DNA of 64,000 bases from Bacillota bacterium (GTDB lineage: Bacteria; Bacillota; Dethiobacteria; DTU022). The stretch spans positions 9,596-73,595 of the forward strand of contig JBNJHN010000003.1 of the NCBI GenBank assembly GCA_051748565.1. Reading direction: 5' to 3'. The position numbers and the translations under genes are program-made. Under the pieces are notes generated by a model. It was not told the DNA's origin, did no database searches, and saw only the letters and a program-made list of their open reading frames with translations. Shown in pieces: positions 36,476 to 46,678 of the stretch (positions within the stretch are counted from its first letter, which is position 1; every line of letters begins with the position of its first letter).

Positions 36476-38224
36476 TTGAAAAAACTAATGACAGGAAACG
36501 AAGCTTTTGCCTATGGGGCATATATTAACGGGGTTCGGGTCGGAGCGGCTTATCCGGGCACTCCCAGTTCGGAAATCATGGATAACTTTTCTAAATATCC
36601 GGGAGTTTTCGCCGAATGGTCTCCCAATGAAAAGGTGTCCTTGGACGTGGCTATCGGGGCAGCATATTCAGGTACTAGGGCCATGTGTGCAATGAAACAT
36701 GTCGGTTTGAATGTTGCGGCCGACTCGTTTTTTTATGCCGTTTACACAGGAATAAAGGCCGGACTGGTAATTGTTTGTGCTGATGATCCCGATATGCACA
36801 GCTCACAGAACGAGCAGGATAACCGGAATTATGCAAAATTTGCTAAATGTGCTATGCTGGAGCCCTCTGACAGCGAGGAAGCAAAGGAATTTACAGGTAT
36901 TGCTTTGGATATGAGTGAACAATTTGAAGCACCGGTTTTAGTCCGCAGCGTAACCAGGCTTTCTCATTCTTCTTCACCGGTGGAGGTAACTGAAACAAGT
37001 CCTCCACCTCCTCCGGAGGAACCACCCTTCTATGAGCGTGATGCGCAGAGATATGTAATGGTTCCCTCAAACGCCCGCCGCCGTCACCCGGTGGTTGAGG
37101 AACGTTTGAAAAAAATGGCTGAATTTGCCGAAACTATGCCGATTAATTATATCGAACCGGGAGATAAGAGCCTTGGTATTGTCAGTGCCGGGGTAAATTA
37201 CCAGTACGCTAAAGAGGTCTTTCCAAATGCTACTTTTTTAAAGCTTGGCATGGTTTATCCTCTGCCGGAAAAACTAATCCGCGAGTTTGCTTCACAGGTG
37301 GAGACAGTTATAGTAGTGGAAGAACTTGATCCGTTCCTGGAAGAGCAGCTGAAGCTGATGAGTATCGAGGTCAGGGGCAAAGATATATTTCCCATGATTG
37401 GTGAGTTTAGCCCATCCCTGGTCAGGCGATGCGCTGTAGATGCCGGTCTGATCGAAAGTCCGGAAATACCAACGGAAATTAATACAAACCTGGAGCGGCC
37501 GATCCGGCCTCCAATGCTTTGCCCCGGTTGTGGTCACCGTTCCCTTTTCCACGTCCTAAGAGAAGCCGGAGTTTTGATCACAGGCGATATCGGCTGCTAT
37601 ACACTGGGTTGGGCCCCTCCGCTAAGTGGTATGCATACTACGGGGTGTATGGGTGCAAGTATCGGTGTTGCCCATGGTATCGATAAGGGCGGTGTGAAAG
37701 ATGATGTAGTTGCCGTCCTGGGGGATTCCACTTTTCTACACTCCGGTATCCACCCGCTTATTGATGTTTTATATAACCGGGGCAATACAACTACCATTAT
37801 TTCTGATAACAGTGCAACAGCTATGACCGGTTTTCAGGAACACCCGGGAACCGGTAAAACACTGCAAAATAAAACGACAAAGCATGTAGATGCTGAGAAA
37901 CTGGTCCGGGGTATCGGCTTTGAGAAAGTCGATATCTGTGATCCCTATGAAATTGACCGAATGGCAGAAATACTGCAGGATCATTTGAAGAGCGGAGAAC
38001 CTTCTGTAATAATCGCCCGTCACCCTTGTGTGCTGAATGCGAAAGAAAAAAAGGAACCGCCTGTAGTCGATCCGGAGATTTGTATTAACTGTGGAATCTG
38101 CCTGGATATCGGCTGCTCCCCTCTGGTTCAGGAAGCTGAACATATACGTATTGATACCATGTTATGCAATGGTTGCGGTCTTTGTGTTAAGGTTTGTCCC
38201 CAGGAGGCCATTATCGAGCAGTAA
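36476..38224 (+). CDS. iorA: Indolepyruvate:ferredoxin oxidoreductase alpha subunit (TPP-dependent, C-terminal 2x[4Fe-4S])
   Basis: N-terminus MKKLMTGNEAFAYGA, TPP-binding GDIGCY..GD motif, and C-terminal CINCGICLDIGCSP / CNGCGLCVKVCP. The TTG at 36476 lies 6 nt after GAGGAGGA. An ATG at 36488 is an alternative start. Confidence 0.8.
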   Translation: MKKLMTGNEAFAYGAYINGVRVGAAYPGTPSSEIMDNFSKYPGVFAEWSPNEKVSLDVAIGAAYSGTRAMCAMKHVGLNVAADSFFYAVYTGIKAGLVIVCADDPDMHSSQNEQDNRNYAKFAKCAMLEPSDSEEAKEFTGIALDMSEQFEAPVLVRSVTRLSHSSSPVEVTETSPPPPPEEPPFYERDAQRYVMVPSNARRRHPVVEERLKKMAEFAETMPINYIEPGDKSLGIVSAGVNYQYAKEVFPNATFLKLGMVYPLPEKLIREFASQVETVIVVEELDPFLEEQLKLMSIEVRGKDIFPMIGEFSPSLVRRCAVDAGLIESPEIPTEINTNLERPIRPPMLCPGCGHRSLFHVLREAGVLITGDIGCYTLGWAPPLSGMHTTGCMGASIGVAHGIDKGGVKDDVVAVLGDSTFLHSGIHPLIDVLYNRGNTTTIISDNSATAMTGFQEHPGTGKTLQNKTTKHVDAEKLVRGIGFEKVDICDPYEIDRMAEILQDHLKSGEPSVIIARHPCVLNAKEKKEPPVVDPEICINCGICLDIGCSPLVQEAEHIRIDTMLCNGCGLCVKVCPQEAIIEQ

Positions 38225-38268
38225 GCCAATGCAAACTTTAATTAAAAATCCGAGAAGGAGGCATCGAT

Positions 38269-38853
38269 ATGAATAATATTGACTTTTTAATGGCCGGGGT
38301 CGGAGGCCAGGGTACAATACTGGCCAGCAATATTCTGGCACAAGTAGGCCTGAATTTAGGCTATGATGTTAAGAAAGCTGAAGTGCATGGAATGGCACAG
38401 CGGGGGGGACAGGTCGACAGCCATGTGCGCTGGGGTGAAAAAGTGCATTCCCCGCTGGTGGAAGAAAACAACGTTGATTACATTATTGGTTTTGAAATGT
38501 TGGAGGCATCCCGCTTTCCGCACTTTTTAAAGCAGGGTGGTACGGCTCTAGTTAATGACTATCGCATCAACCCGCCTGTGGTAAATCTTGGTACTGCCAC
38601 ATATCCGTCAAAAGAGGAAATTGAAGCTCTCCTGCTCAGCAGGGCTGGAAAAGTATATTGGATAGAAGGCACGGACATCGCCAGGGATTTGGGAAATCCC
38701 GCCATGGTCGGCGTGGTGCTGCTTGGCGCTCTATCAAATCTCGTCGGAGGTGATCAGGAAATTTGGCTTAAAGTTATCGGGCAAATGGTTCCGCCCAGGT
38801 TTGTAGAACTTAATAAAGAAGCTTTTTTAGCGGGTCGAAAAGCTACCATTTAA
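38269..38853 (+). CDS. iorB: Indolepyruvate oxidoreductase beta subunit
   Basis: 194 aa, pyruvate/ketoisovalerate oxidoreductase gamma-like domain (GVGGQG). Confidence 0.8.
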   Translation: MNNIDFLMAGVGGQGTILASNILAQVGLNLGYDVKKAEVHGMAQRGGQVDSHVRWGEKVHSPLVEENNVDYIIGFEMLEASRFPHFLKQGGTALVNDYRINPPVVNLGTATYPSKEEIEALLLSRAGKVYWIEGTDIARDLGNPAMVGVVLLGALSNLVGGDQEIWLKVIGQMVPPRFVELNKEAFLAGRKATI

Positions 38854-38888
38854 AGAATATAAAGTCATTTTATTAAGGAGGGAAAACG

Positions 38889-40454
38889 ATGAATTTTGCT
38901 TCCTACGGCATTATTAATGCGAAAAAGTATCCGGATAAGGAATTTTTAGTTGAGTGCACTCCTTCAATCAAGAAAAGGAGGGTGCTTACATGGAAAAAGT
39001 TTAATGAAGAAACCAACCGCGTGGCTAATTATTTACAACAGCAGCTTGGAGTTAAAAAAGGTGATTTCGTAATGCATCTTCTGATGAACAGCCTTGAATG
39101 GATTGTTACCTACCATGCTATTCTTAGGGTTGGAGCGGTTGCGGTTCCCCTTAATTTCCGTTTTGCATCCACAGATATTAAGTATGCCGCTGATGCCAGC
39201 AGTCCGAAAGTTTTTATCCTGGGAGAAGGGTTTTTAGAGAAAGTCGAGCCGATCCGCAAGGAAATGGAAACCGTTACCTCCTACATCTGTATCGGCGACA
39301 ATGTTCCTGCGGAAATGATTCCATACTCGGAAGTTTTAAGCAATTCCAGTTTGGAAGATGTTCTCGTTGAGGTAGATGACGCTGATCCGGCGGAATTGAT
39401 GTTTACTTCTGGAACGACCGGTCCGCCCAAACCCGTTTGCCAGGCTCATCAAACCCTTTATCAGATCGGTATCGGTAATGCTCTGACTTATGCTGAAGGC
39501 CATGAGACAGTTTACCTGGCTGCACACCCCCTTTATCACAGCGGAAGCTTATTTTTATCTTTCCCCAGCTACCTGGCCGGGGGAAAAATCGTGCTGCTCC
39601 TGGAAATTGACGACCCCAAATATCTTCTCGAAACAATTGCAGATGAAAAAATTAACAACGGTTGGGTAACGGTTCCGACCATGTCCGATTCGATTAATGC
39701 AATCAAAAAAGGGATCATTGAAGTTGACCAGTATGATTTTTCTCACGTAACCGGGAATATCGTTATCGGTGCCCAACCGGTGCCTTCCACATTGTTCAAA
39801 GATATGAAGAAGCTGCTGCCTTTCAGGACCGGGAATATTTACGGGATCACAGAAGGCGGCGGCGGAGGGACGCTTAATCTTTATGATGATGAAGTATTAA
39901 ACCGGCCGGGTTCTATTGGTACTCCGACTTTTAACGTGGCAGCCCGGGTTGTAGATGATAATGGGAACGATGTTCCGGTTGGAGAGGTCGGCGAACTGCT
40001 GTTGAAAGGACCTCGCAACATGAAGGAATATTTTAAGAATCCCGAAATGACCGCCAGGGCGATCCGCGATGGTTGGCTTTATACAGGGGACCTGGTACGC
40101 CAGGATGAAGATGGCTTTATTTATATCGCCGATCGCAAAAAAGACCTGATTATCAGGGGAGGCGAAAACATTTTCCCGGTCGAAATTGAAGATGTTTTGC
40201 GCCGAAACCCGAAAATCGCCGATGTGGCGGTGATTGGTCACCCACACGAGCGTTATGTGGAGATCGCGATGGCTGTTGTACAGCTCTACCCGGAAGAAAC
40301 AATGAATGAACAGGAAGTGGTTGATTTCTGCAAAGAAGAAGGGTTGGCCAGGTATAAATGGCCGGAAAAAGTTGTTTTTGCTCCAGTCATGCGTAATGTA
40401 ACCGGTAAGATAGACAAACCCCGCCTAAGGATAGAGTATATAAGCGGCGAGTAA
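38889..40454 (+). CDS. AMP-dependent acyl-CoA synthetase/ligase
   Basis: Contains the TSGTTGPPK AMP-binding motif, with GDL/YTGD and K at the C-terminus. Confidence 0.8.
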   Translation: MNFASYGIINAKKYPDKEFLVECTPSIKKRRVLTWKKFNEETNRVANYLQQQLGVKKGDFVMHLLMNSLEWIVTYHAILRVGAVAVPLNFRFASTDIKYAADASSPKVFILGEGFLEKVEPIRKEMETVTSYICIGDNVPAEMIPYSEVLSNSSLEDVLVEVDDADPAELMFTSGTTGPPKPVCQAHQTLYQIGIGNALTYAEGHETVYLAAHPLYHSGSLFLSFPSYLAGGKIVLLLEIDDPKYLLETIADEKINNGWVTVPTMSDSINAIKKGIIEVDQYDFSHVTGNIVIGAQPVPSTLFKDMKKLLPFRTGNIYGITEGGGGGTLNLYDDEVLNRPGSIGTPTFNVAARVVDDNGNDVPVGEVGELLLKGPRNMKEYFKNPEMTARAIRDGWLYTGDLVRQDEDGFIYIADRKKDLIIRGGENIFPVEIEDVLRRNPKIADVAVIGHPHERYVEIAMAVVQLYPEETMNEQEVVDFCKEEGLARYKWPEKVVFAPVMRNVTGKIDKPRLRIEYISGE

Positions 40455-40467
40455 CCAAAAAAATCAT

Positions 40468-40502
40468 GTGGGGAGCTGGGCGCTTCCCACACAAATTTTT
40501 TA
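40468..40502 (+). terminator. Rho-independent terminator
   Basis: gtgtggggagc-tgggc-gcttcccacac followed by AAATTTTTT. Confidence 0.5.
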
Positions 40503-40567
40503 TATAACCTGTCTGCATTTCAAATTCAAAATACAATAAAAGTGAAAGATAAAGTTGAGGTGCCCTG

Positions 40568-41749
40568 ATGGCGCGGATCGCAGACGGATGGAAAGTGGCG
40601 CTTGCCGGAACAGGTGTTAATTTTTTTATGAGTATCCCTTATGCCTGGAGCATCATTGCCAGCGGTCTTAACCAGCAGCTGGGCTGGAGTCCGGTCCAGG
40701 CAGCTTTTCCATACACGGTTTTTCTGATCAGTTATTCTTTATTTATGGCCCCGGTTGGCAGGTGGCAGGACAGGGTAGGCCCACGCCGCGTTGTAACCAT
40801 TGGCGGTTTCGTTTTAGGTGGCTCATCGCTTTTAAGCGCACTTTTTCTTTGCCCGGTAGGATTGGCGATCCTGTGGGGTGGGGTTTACGGTTTTGGAGCA
40901 GCATGCTGTTATGCTTCTGCAACCCCGGCAGCTATGAAATGGTTTGCGCCGGAAAAAAAAGGACTTGTTGCAGGGGTGGTAGTAACCGGTTCAGGTATTT
41001 CCGCATTTCTAATGGCTCCACTGGTTTATTATCTGGCTGGTTTTGGTATGAGGATTACCTTCCTTATTCTCGGCCTTTTGCTGTTAGTTGGCATAACCTC
41101 TCTGTCTCGTTTTATCAATAACCCTCCCGATTATTTTGCCCGGTCAAAATATTTAACCTTATCAGGACCTTGGTACAGAATGTTTTTGGTTCCTCAGATT
41201 ATTATGCTCTGGCTTATGTTCTGGGTTACAACCGGGATAGGGGTTACCTTTGTTACCCATCTTGATACTATGGCCCGGGTTCAGGCATCCTTTGGACTGG
41301 GGTATGTCCTGGTGGCATTATTTGCTTTTTTTAATGCAGTTGGAAGAATAACCGCAGGGCTTGTAACTGATCGGATCGGGCCCAAAAGAGCAATGACGCT
41401 GGACTTCAGCATTACTCTGCTGGCTCTTATTATGCTTTTACAGGTTTCTTCTCCATTCTCACTGGGATTCATTGTTTCGATTCTGGGATTGGCATATGGT
41501 GGGCTATATACTCTTTTTCCGGCAGCCATTGCCGTATATTTCGGGGAAAAAGATCTGGGTTTGATTTACGGTTTAATTTTTACGGCACTGGGGGCAGGTG
41601 GCATGTTTCCCCTGATCACGGGTTACCTTTTTGACCGACAGGGTGACTTTTTTGGCGCTTATATCGTTTTGGTTATCGCCTCCGCGGCAGTATTGCTTTT
41701 ATCTTTCTTCCTGAAAAAACCGATTGAAGAAAAGGCAATCCTAAATTAA
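40568..41749 (+). CDS. MFS transporter (oxalate/formate antiporter-like family)
   Basis: 393 aa with about 12 TM helices. The N-terminal motif resembles OFA. Confidence 0.7.
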   Translation: MARIADGWKVALAGTGVNFFMSIPYAWSIIASGLNQQLGWSPVQAAFPYTVFLISYSLFMAPVGRWQDRVGPRRVVTIGGFVLGGSSLLSALFLCPVGLAILWGGVYGFGAACCYASATPAAMKWFAPEKKGLVAGVVVTGSGISAFLMAPLVYYLAGFGMRITFLILGLLLLVGITSLSRFINNPPDYFARSKYLTLSGPWYRMFLVPQIIMLWLMFWVTTGIGVTFVTHLDTMARVQASFGLGYVLVALFAFFNAVGRITAGLVTDRIGPKRAMTLDFSITLLALIMLLQVSSPFSLGFIVSILGLAYGGLYTLFPAAIAVYFGEKDLGLIYGLIFTALGAGGMFPLITGYLFDRQGDFFGAYIVLVIASAAVLLLSFFLKKPIEEKAILN

Positions 41750-41806
41750 ACCCCCTGGCTGCTGAAGCTGTAAGTCGAATTTAACATATATTAAATATTT
41801 GTAATT

Positions 41807-43378
41807 CTAAGACCCGTATTTATCCCGCAGGACACGATGCAGAATTTTACCAGTTGCAGTAAGCGGCATTTCTTCGTCCCCGATAAAATCTATAGATTTT
41901 GGCCGTTTGTAACCGGCAATTTTATCCTTACAGTATGTGATAATTTCGATGGCAAGCTCTTCAGATGGTATATATCCCTTGTATAAAACAATTATGGCTT
42001 TGACGGCTTCGCCCCATTTTTCATCGGGGACCCCTATTACCGCAACATTCTTTACAGAAGGATGAGTGGCTACAGCATTTTCAACTTCAGAAGGGTAAAC
42101 ATTTTCTCCGCCCGTGATAATCATGTTCTGCTTTCGATCGACCAGGTAATAGTAACCCTCTTCGTCTCTCATGGCCATATCCCCGGCAGAGCACCACCTG
42201 CCGTGAAAAGCTGCAGCAGTTTTCTCAGGGTCTTTCCAGTATTCTTTAAATACAATTGGAGAACAACTGTAAAGTTCTCCTACTGTACCTTCAGGTACCT
42301 CTTCTTTATTTTCATCCAGTAGTTTGATTCGGTTACTGCCGAAGATTTCCCGCCCAATAGATCCGAGCTTGGCAAACTGTTCTTCCGGGCGCAGGTAGGT
42401 AACCAGGCCGGCTTCTGTAGAACCGTAAGCTTCCCAGAGTTCCGCCGATTTAAAATAATCCATAATTGAAAGCTTCAATTCTTTTCTGGCCGGTGCGGAA
42501 GAAATTAACAACTGCCTGATACAGCTTACATCATATTTATGCTTTACTTCTTCCGGTAATCCGAGAATCATAATATAATGCGTCGGGACCAGCGAAGTGT
42601 ATGTGATTTTATATTCGGAAATTGTTTTCAACAAATCTTCGGGATCGAAGGTAACCATACTGTAGACCATAACCGGTGCCGCCAGAAGAGTATACGCAAA
42701 TGAGTAGTAGATCGAGTTTACATGACACATGGGCATTACCAGTAATATTTTATCATCAGGCCTGACTCCCATATTGATGTTGCTGAGCAGGTATTGGGCG
42801 CAATAACTTTCATGAGTCCTGACTGCACCTTTTGGTTTCCCGGTGGTTCCGGAAGTATACATAATCGTCCATGTATCCGCTGAGTCAACCATTACGTCGG
42901 GTTCCCCGGCCGGGCTGTTTTCAATAAATTTTTCATAATCGATAAACCCTTCCGGATCTTCGCCATTCCCGATGGAAATAAAATTAGCAGGAGAAATGGT
43001 CTTTAAATTATCTCGTATGCTGTTGACTCCTTCAATAAAAGGACTTTCCACTATGAAAGCCTTACACTCTGCATGATTGACTATGTATTCATATTCCAGC
43101 GGTGTCAGTCGGAACATTATTGGTACAACCACCTGGCCTCCCTTGGCACAGGCCGCGTAGATCTCCATCCATTCGACCCTGTTATAAGCAATGACAGCAA
43201 CCCGATCCCCGTATCCGACTCCCATATTTTCCAACCCGTTGGCAATCCGGCATGACCTGTCATTCCATTCTTTGAAAGAAAAACTTTTATTTTTATCCTG
43301 GCAGCCCAATCGTTCGGGATACTTTAAAGCATTAGTCCTAAGGGCGGTCCCCACGTGCATCCAATTACTTAAAGTCAT
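41807..43378 (-). CDS. AMP-dependent aromatic/alicyclic acid-CoA ligase-like synthetase
   Basis: 523 aa with YTSGTTGKPKG, and TGD and K motifs. Confidence 0.8.
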   Translation of the reverse strand: MTLSNWMHVGTALRTNALKYPERLGCQDKNKSFSFKEWNDRSCRIANGLENMGVGYGDRVAVIAYNRVEWMEIYAACAKGGQVVVPIMFRLTPLEYEYIVNHAECKAFIVESPFIEGVNSIRDNLKTISPANFISIGNGEDPEGFIDYEKFIENSPAGEPDVMVDSADTWTIMYTSGTTGKPKGAVRTHESYCAQYLLSNINMGVRPDDKILLVMPMCHVNSIYYSFAYTLLAAPVMVYSMVTFDPEDLLKTISEYKITYTSLVPTHYIMILGLPEEVKHKYDVSCIRQLLISSAPARKELKLSIMDYFKSAELWEAYGSTEAGLVTYLRPEEQFAKLGSIGREIFGSNRIKLLDENKEEVPEGTVGELYSCSPIVFKEYWKDPEKTAAAFHGRWCSAGDMAMRDEEGYYYLVDRKQNMIITGGENVYPSEVENAVATHPSVKNVAVIGVPDEKWGEAVKAIIVLYKGYIPSEELAIEIITYCKDKIAGYKRPKSIDFIGDEEMPLTATGKILHRVLRDKYGS

Positions 43379-43645
43379 ATTTGTTCCAACTCCCGAATTA
43401 GATTTTATCTTTAAACTTTTTAAATATCACTATCGCCATAATTTTTATTCTTCACTTTTAAATTATTCCCTTCCGAATAATCGTTTTAAAACAAGAGGTA
43501 ACCCGTTTATCACTCTTATGATGCAAAAATCCCTCTTTTAGGTGATAGCCAAATTTAATCATATTTTATAATATTAAGTCAATGGCGAACAATTTTTATC
43601 TTCTGTATGAAAAATTCTTAAAAAAATTAAGGAGGGAATATCCAG

Positions 43646-44497
43646 GTGGTTATTTCTAAAATTGGCATACTGGGCGCCGGTGCAATGGGTGGGGGTATAG
43701 CCCAGGTAGCGGCCCAGTCCGGGTTTGAAGTTGTTCTATGCGATGTAGAGATGTCTTTCGTTGATCGGGCTCTTACAAAAATGACGGCATTTTTGGATAA
43801 AAGCATTGAAAAAGGCCGATTAACCGAGGAACAGAAGGCTGAAAGTTTATCTCGGATAACTCGTACGATCTCTATTTCTGATTTTAATTCCGTCGATCTG
43901 GTGATTGAAGCAATTATTGAAGATCTCGAGCAAAAAAAGAAAGCGTTGAGTGAACTTGAGCAGGTATGTAAACCGGGAGCGCTCCTGGCTTCAAATACTT
44001 CTTCAATGTCGATTACTGTGCTGGCCGGCGCCACAAAGAGGCCGGAACTTTTTGCCGGTATGCATTTCTTTAACCCGCCGGCACTGATGAAGCTCGTTGA
44101 AATCATCAGGGGCTATTACACCAGTGATGAAACAATTGCCGCGCTTGAAACTGTAGCAAAGAAAATGGGTAAGATTACTGTGGAAGTGAAGAAGGATTCC
44201 CCGGGATTTATTGTAAACCGAATTTTGATTGCCCAGTTTGCTGAAGCGATCCGCCTCCTGGAGGAAGGTGTGGCTTCACCGGAAGATATCGATACGGCAA
44301 TAAAGACAGGGCTTAATTACCCCATGGGTCCATTTGAGCTTCAGGATTTTACCGGGGTTGATATTGCTTATTTCGTAATGAACTACTTTTATGATGAATT
44401 CAAGGAAACACGCTGGAATCCGCCGCAGGCAATCAAAGCATTGATCAGAGCGGGCAGGCTTGGTAAAAAAACCGGTGCCGGCTGGTATGATCATTAG
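43646..44497 (+). CDS. 3-hydroxyacyl-CoA dehydrogenase
   Basis: GAGAMGGGIAQ Rossmann motif and 3HCDH domains. The GTG start lies 9 nt after AAGGAGGG. Confidence 0.85.
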   Translation: MVISKIGILGAGAMGGGIAQVAAQSGFEVVLCDVEMSFVDRALTKMTAFLDKSIEKGRLTEEQKAESLSRITRTISISDFNSVDLVIEAIIEDLEQKKKALSELEQVCKPGALLASNTSSMSITVLAGATKRPELFAGMHFFNPPALMKLVEIIRGYYTSDETIAALETVAKKMGKITVEVKKDSPGFIVNRILIAQFAEAIRLLEEGVASPEDIDTAIKTGLNYPMGPFELQDFTGVDIAYFVMNYFYDEFKETRWNPPQAIKALIRAGRLGKKTGAGWYDH

Positions 44498-44547
44498 ATT
44501 CAGGTTTTATTACCCGCTATGAATATGTTTTGCCCTGAAGGAGGAAG

Positions 44548-45852
44548 ATGAATATAATGGCTTTTTTTGAGCAAAAATGGGAAACCATGCCTCAGGATGA
44601 ATTGCAGGAAATACAGTTGGATAAGTTTAAAAAGCAAGCCCGGCTTGTTTATGGAAACCAGTTTATTAAAGAACGCTTTGATCAAGCCGGGTTACATCCC
44701 GGCGAAGTCAAGGATTGGGAGGATATCAGGAAGGTGCCTTTTATGACCAAGGACGACCTGCGTGAGAATTATCCTACCGGTCTTGTTTCCGGGGACTGGA
44801 ACGATGTTTACCGTGTGCATATGACCTCTGGAACTACAGGGGTGCCAACCCCAATGGTTTATAGCAAGAATGATCTCCATGTCTGGGCCAGGTGCATGGC
44901 ACGAAACTTTGTTGGGGGTGGATTGCGCAAAGAAGATGTTGTCCAACAGGCACACGGGCTGGGGCTTTTCACCGGTGGATTTGGTTTTCATTACGGGCTT
45001 GAACTGGTCGGAGCTAAAGTTATCCCTACCGGAGCAGGTGGTACCGAGAGACAGCTGCGGTTAATGCAGGAATGGGGGACAACTGTATTTACCGGAACTC
45101 CTTCTTATGCAGCTTATATGGCCGAATTTGCCTTGGAACACGGGATCGATCCGGTGAAAGATTTGAAACTACGGCTCGGTTTTCATGGTGGAGAACCTTG
45201 TTCTGACGAGCTTATGGATAGAATTAATTCTCGTCTCGGCTACAAAGCTCATGGTGGAGGAATGAGGCGCTGCTATGGATTGACCGAAATGGGTGGGCCG
45301 ATTGCCATGGATTGTGAAAACGGAAGCGGAATACATATCTGGGCCGATCATTACCTGGCGGAAGTGCTTGATCCGGAAACACATGAAAATGTGGAAAAGG
45401 GGCGGCCGGGAGAACTGGTTATCAGCAATCTTAGTTTCGAGGTGATGCCCTTACTGCGTTACCGTACCGGCGATAATGTCGTGATCAGCACCGATACCTG
45501 TGAATGCGGCCGAACCCATCCGCGAATTGTTCAATTTGTCGGGCGGTTGGATGACATGATTTTAGTCAGCGGAACAAATGTATATCCAAGTCAGGTTGAA
45601 CATATTTTATTGAATCATAGCGAACTTAGTGAAAACTGGCAGCTTGTAGTGGGCGATAAAAAGGGGTTACACACACTGAAAATTGAAATTGAACCTGTAG
45701 CCGGAGTTCATATCGATGAGCAATTCTTAGCATCAGTGGAAAAAGAGCTTCACCAGTGCCTTGCCATAAAGTGCCCGATTGTGATTCAACCCCTGGGCAG
45801 CCTGCCCAGGTTTGAAGGAAAAGCAGTTCGGGTTATAGATCAGCGTACTTAA
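44548..45852 (+). CDS. Phenylacetate-CoA ligase (PaaK)/F390-synthetase-family adenylate-forming enzyme
   Basis: 434 aa. The N-terminus KWETMPQDELQEIQLDKF, the TSGTTG motif and the PaaK C-terminal domain are present. Confidence 0.8.
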   Translation: MNIMAFFEQKWETMPQDELQEIQLDKFKKQARLVYGNQFIKERFDQAGLHPGEVKDWEDIRKVPFMTKDDLRENYPTGLVSGDWNDVYRVHMTSGTTGVPTPMVYSKNDLHVWARCMARNFVGGGLRKEDVVQQAHGLGLFTGGFGFHYGLELVGAKVIPTGAGGTERQLRLMQEWGTTVFTGTPSYAAYMAEFALEHGIDPVKDLKLRLGFHGGEPCSDELMDRINSRLGYKAHGGGMRRCYGLTEMGGPIAMDCENGSGIHIWADHYLAEVLDPETHENVEKGRPGELVISNLSFEVMPLLRYRTGDNVVISTDTCECGRTHPRIVQFVGRLDDMILVSGTNVYPSQVEHILLNHSELSENWQLVVGDKKGLHTLKIEIEPVAGVHIDEQFLASVEKELHQCLAIKCPIVIQPLGSLPRFEGKAVRVIDQRT

Positions 45853-45950
45853 CCGAAGGTGTTAGCCCTGTTTTCACTCTTTTTTAATCTCGAATCCATG
45901 CTTTTAAGGGATATTTTTATTGGTTTGCATTGGGTAAGCTTAAAGTAAAT
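45853..45950 (+). repeat. Copy B of the conserved ~100-nt intergenic element, starting at the paaK-like stop codon and 145 bp upstream of the DUF35-oah operon
   Basis: ccgaaggtgttagccctgttttcactcttttttaatctcgaatccatgcttttaagggatatttttattggtttgcattgggtaagcttaaagtaaatg aligns base by base with 28917-29013. Confidence 0.5.
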
Positions 45951-46094
45951 GTCGATAGAGCCCGAAAAATTCTATAATACCCGCAGTTTTATTGAAAAAG
46001 GTTTTTTTCTTTGTATGAAGAAATATTTAAGCACTTTGTTTGCAATCAATCCATGATATTTTCAAAAATGATCTGTTCCGGGGAGGGTGATAGA

Positions 46095-46508
46095 ATGGGT
46101 TTTGAAAAGTTTGGAAGGGTTAGCTTTACTTCGCAGACTAAGGCGGGGCCTTTTGTTGATTACCTGGAAAAAGAGGGACTTTACGCCACTAAATGCCGTG
46201 TTTGTGAGCGCACTTTTTTTCCTCCCAGGGCAGATTGTGCCTCCTGCATGAGTAGTGATATGGCCTGGCTTAAAGTTCAAGGTAACGGTAAACTGCTCAG
46301 CTTTACCAGGGCCTGTTTTGGCCCGACCGGATTCGAAGAAGATGTTCCTTATGTGCTCGCGGTAGCCGATTTCAATAAGTTAAAAGTATTTGGAAGGTTC
46401 AACGAAGATTTCCCTGAAGATCAACTGAGTATTGGTATGGAGGTTAAAGTACAAACCATTTCCCTGCCAGATGGCCAGATAAGTTATGAATTTAAACCGG
46501 CGCAATAA
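46095..46508 (+). CDS. DUF35 Zn-ribbon/OB-fold protein (thiolase-associated family)
   Basis: A CxxC...CxxC rubredoxin-like knuckle (CRVCERTFFPPRADCASC) followed by an OB-fold. The ATG lies 5 nt after GGGAGGGTGA. Confidence 0.7.
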   Translation: MGFEKFGRVSFTSQTKAGPFVDYLEKEGLYATKCRVCERTFFPPRADCASCMSSDMAWLKVQGNGKLLSFTRACFGPTGFEEDVPYVLAVADFNKLKVFGRFNEDFPEDQLSIGMEVKVQTISLPDGQISYEFKPAQ

Positions 46509-46678
46509 TTTTAGTTGATTTCCGACCTAACTTAAATGTAAAGGTAAGCGCCGGAACCAAGGGGGGTGTGGAACAACGAGCGAGTTGTAACCGGGATATA
46601 AGCCCGGGAAATGCAGGTTCAGTTTATAAAAGATTATAAAATTTAAGTCTATTTTTCTATTCTGGAAGGAGGATTAGT

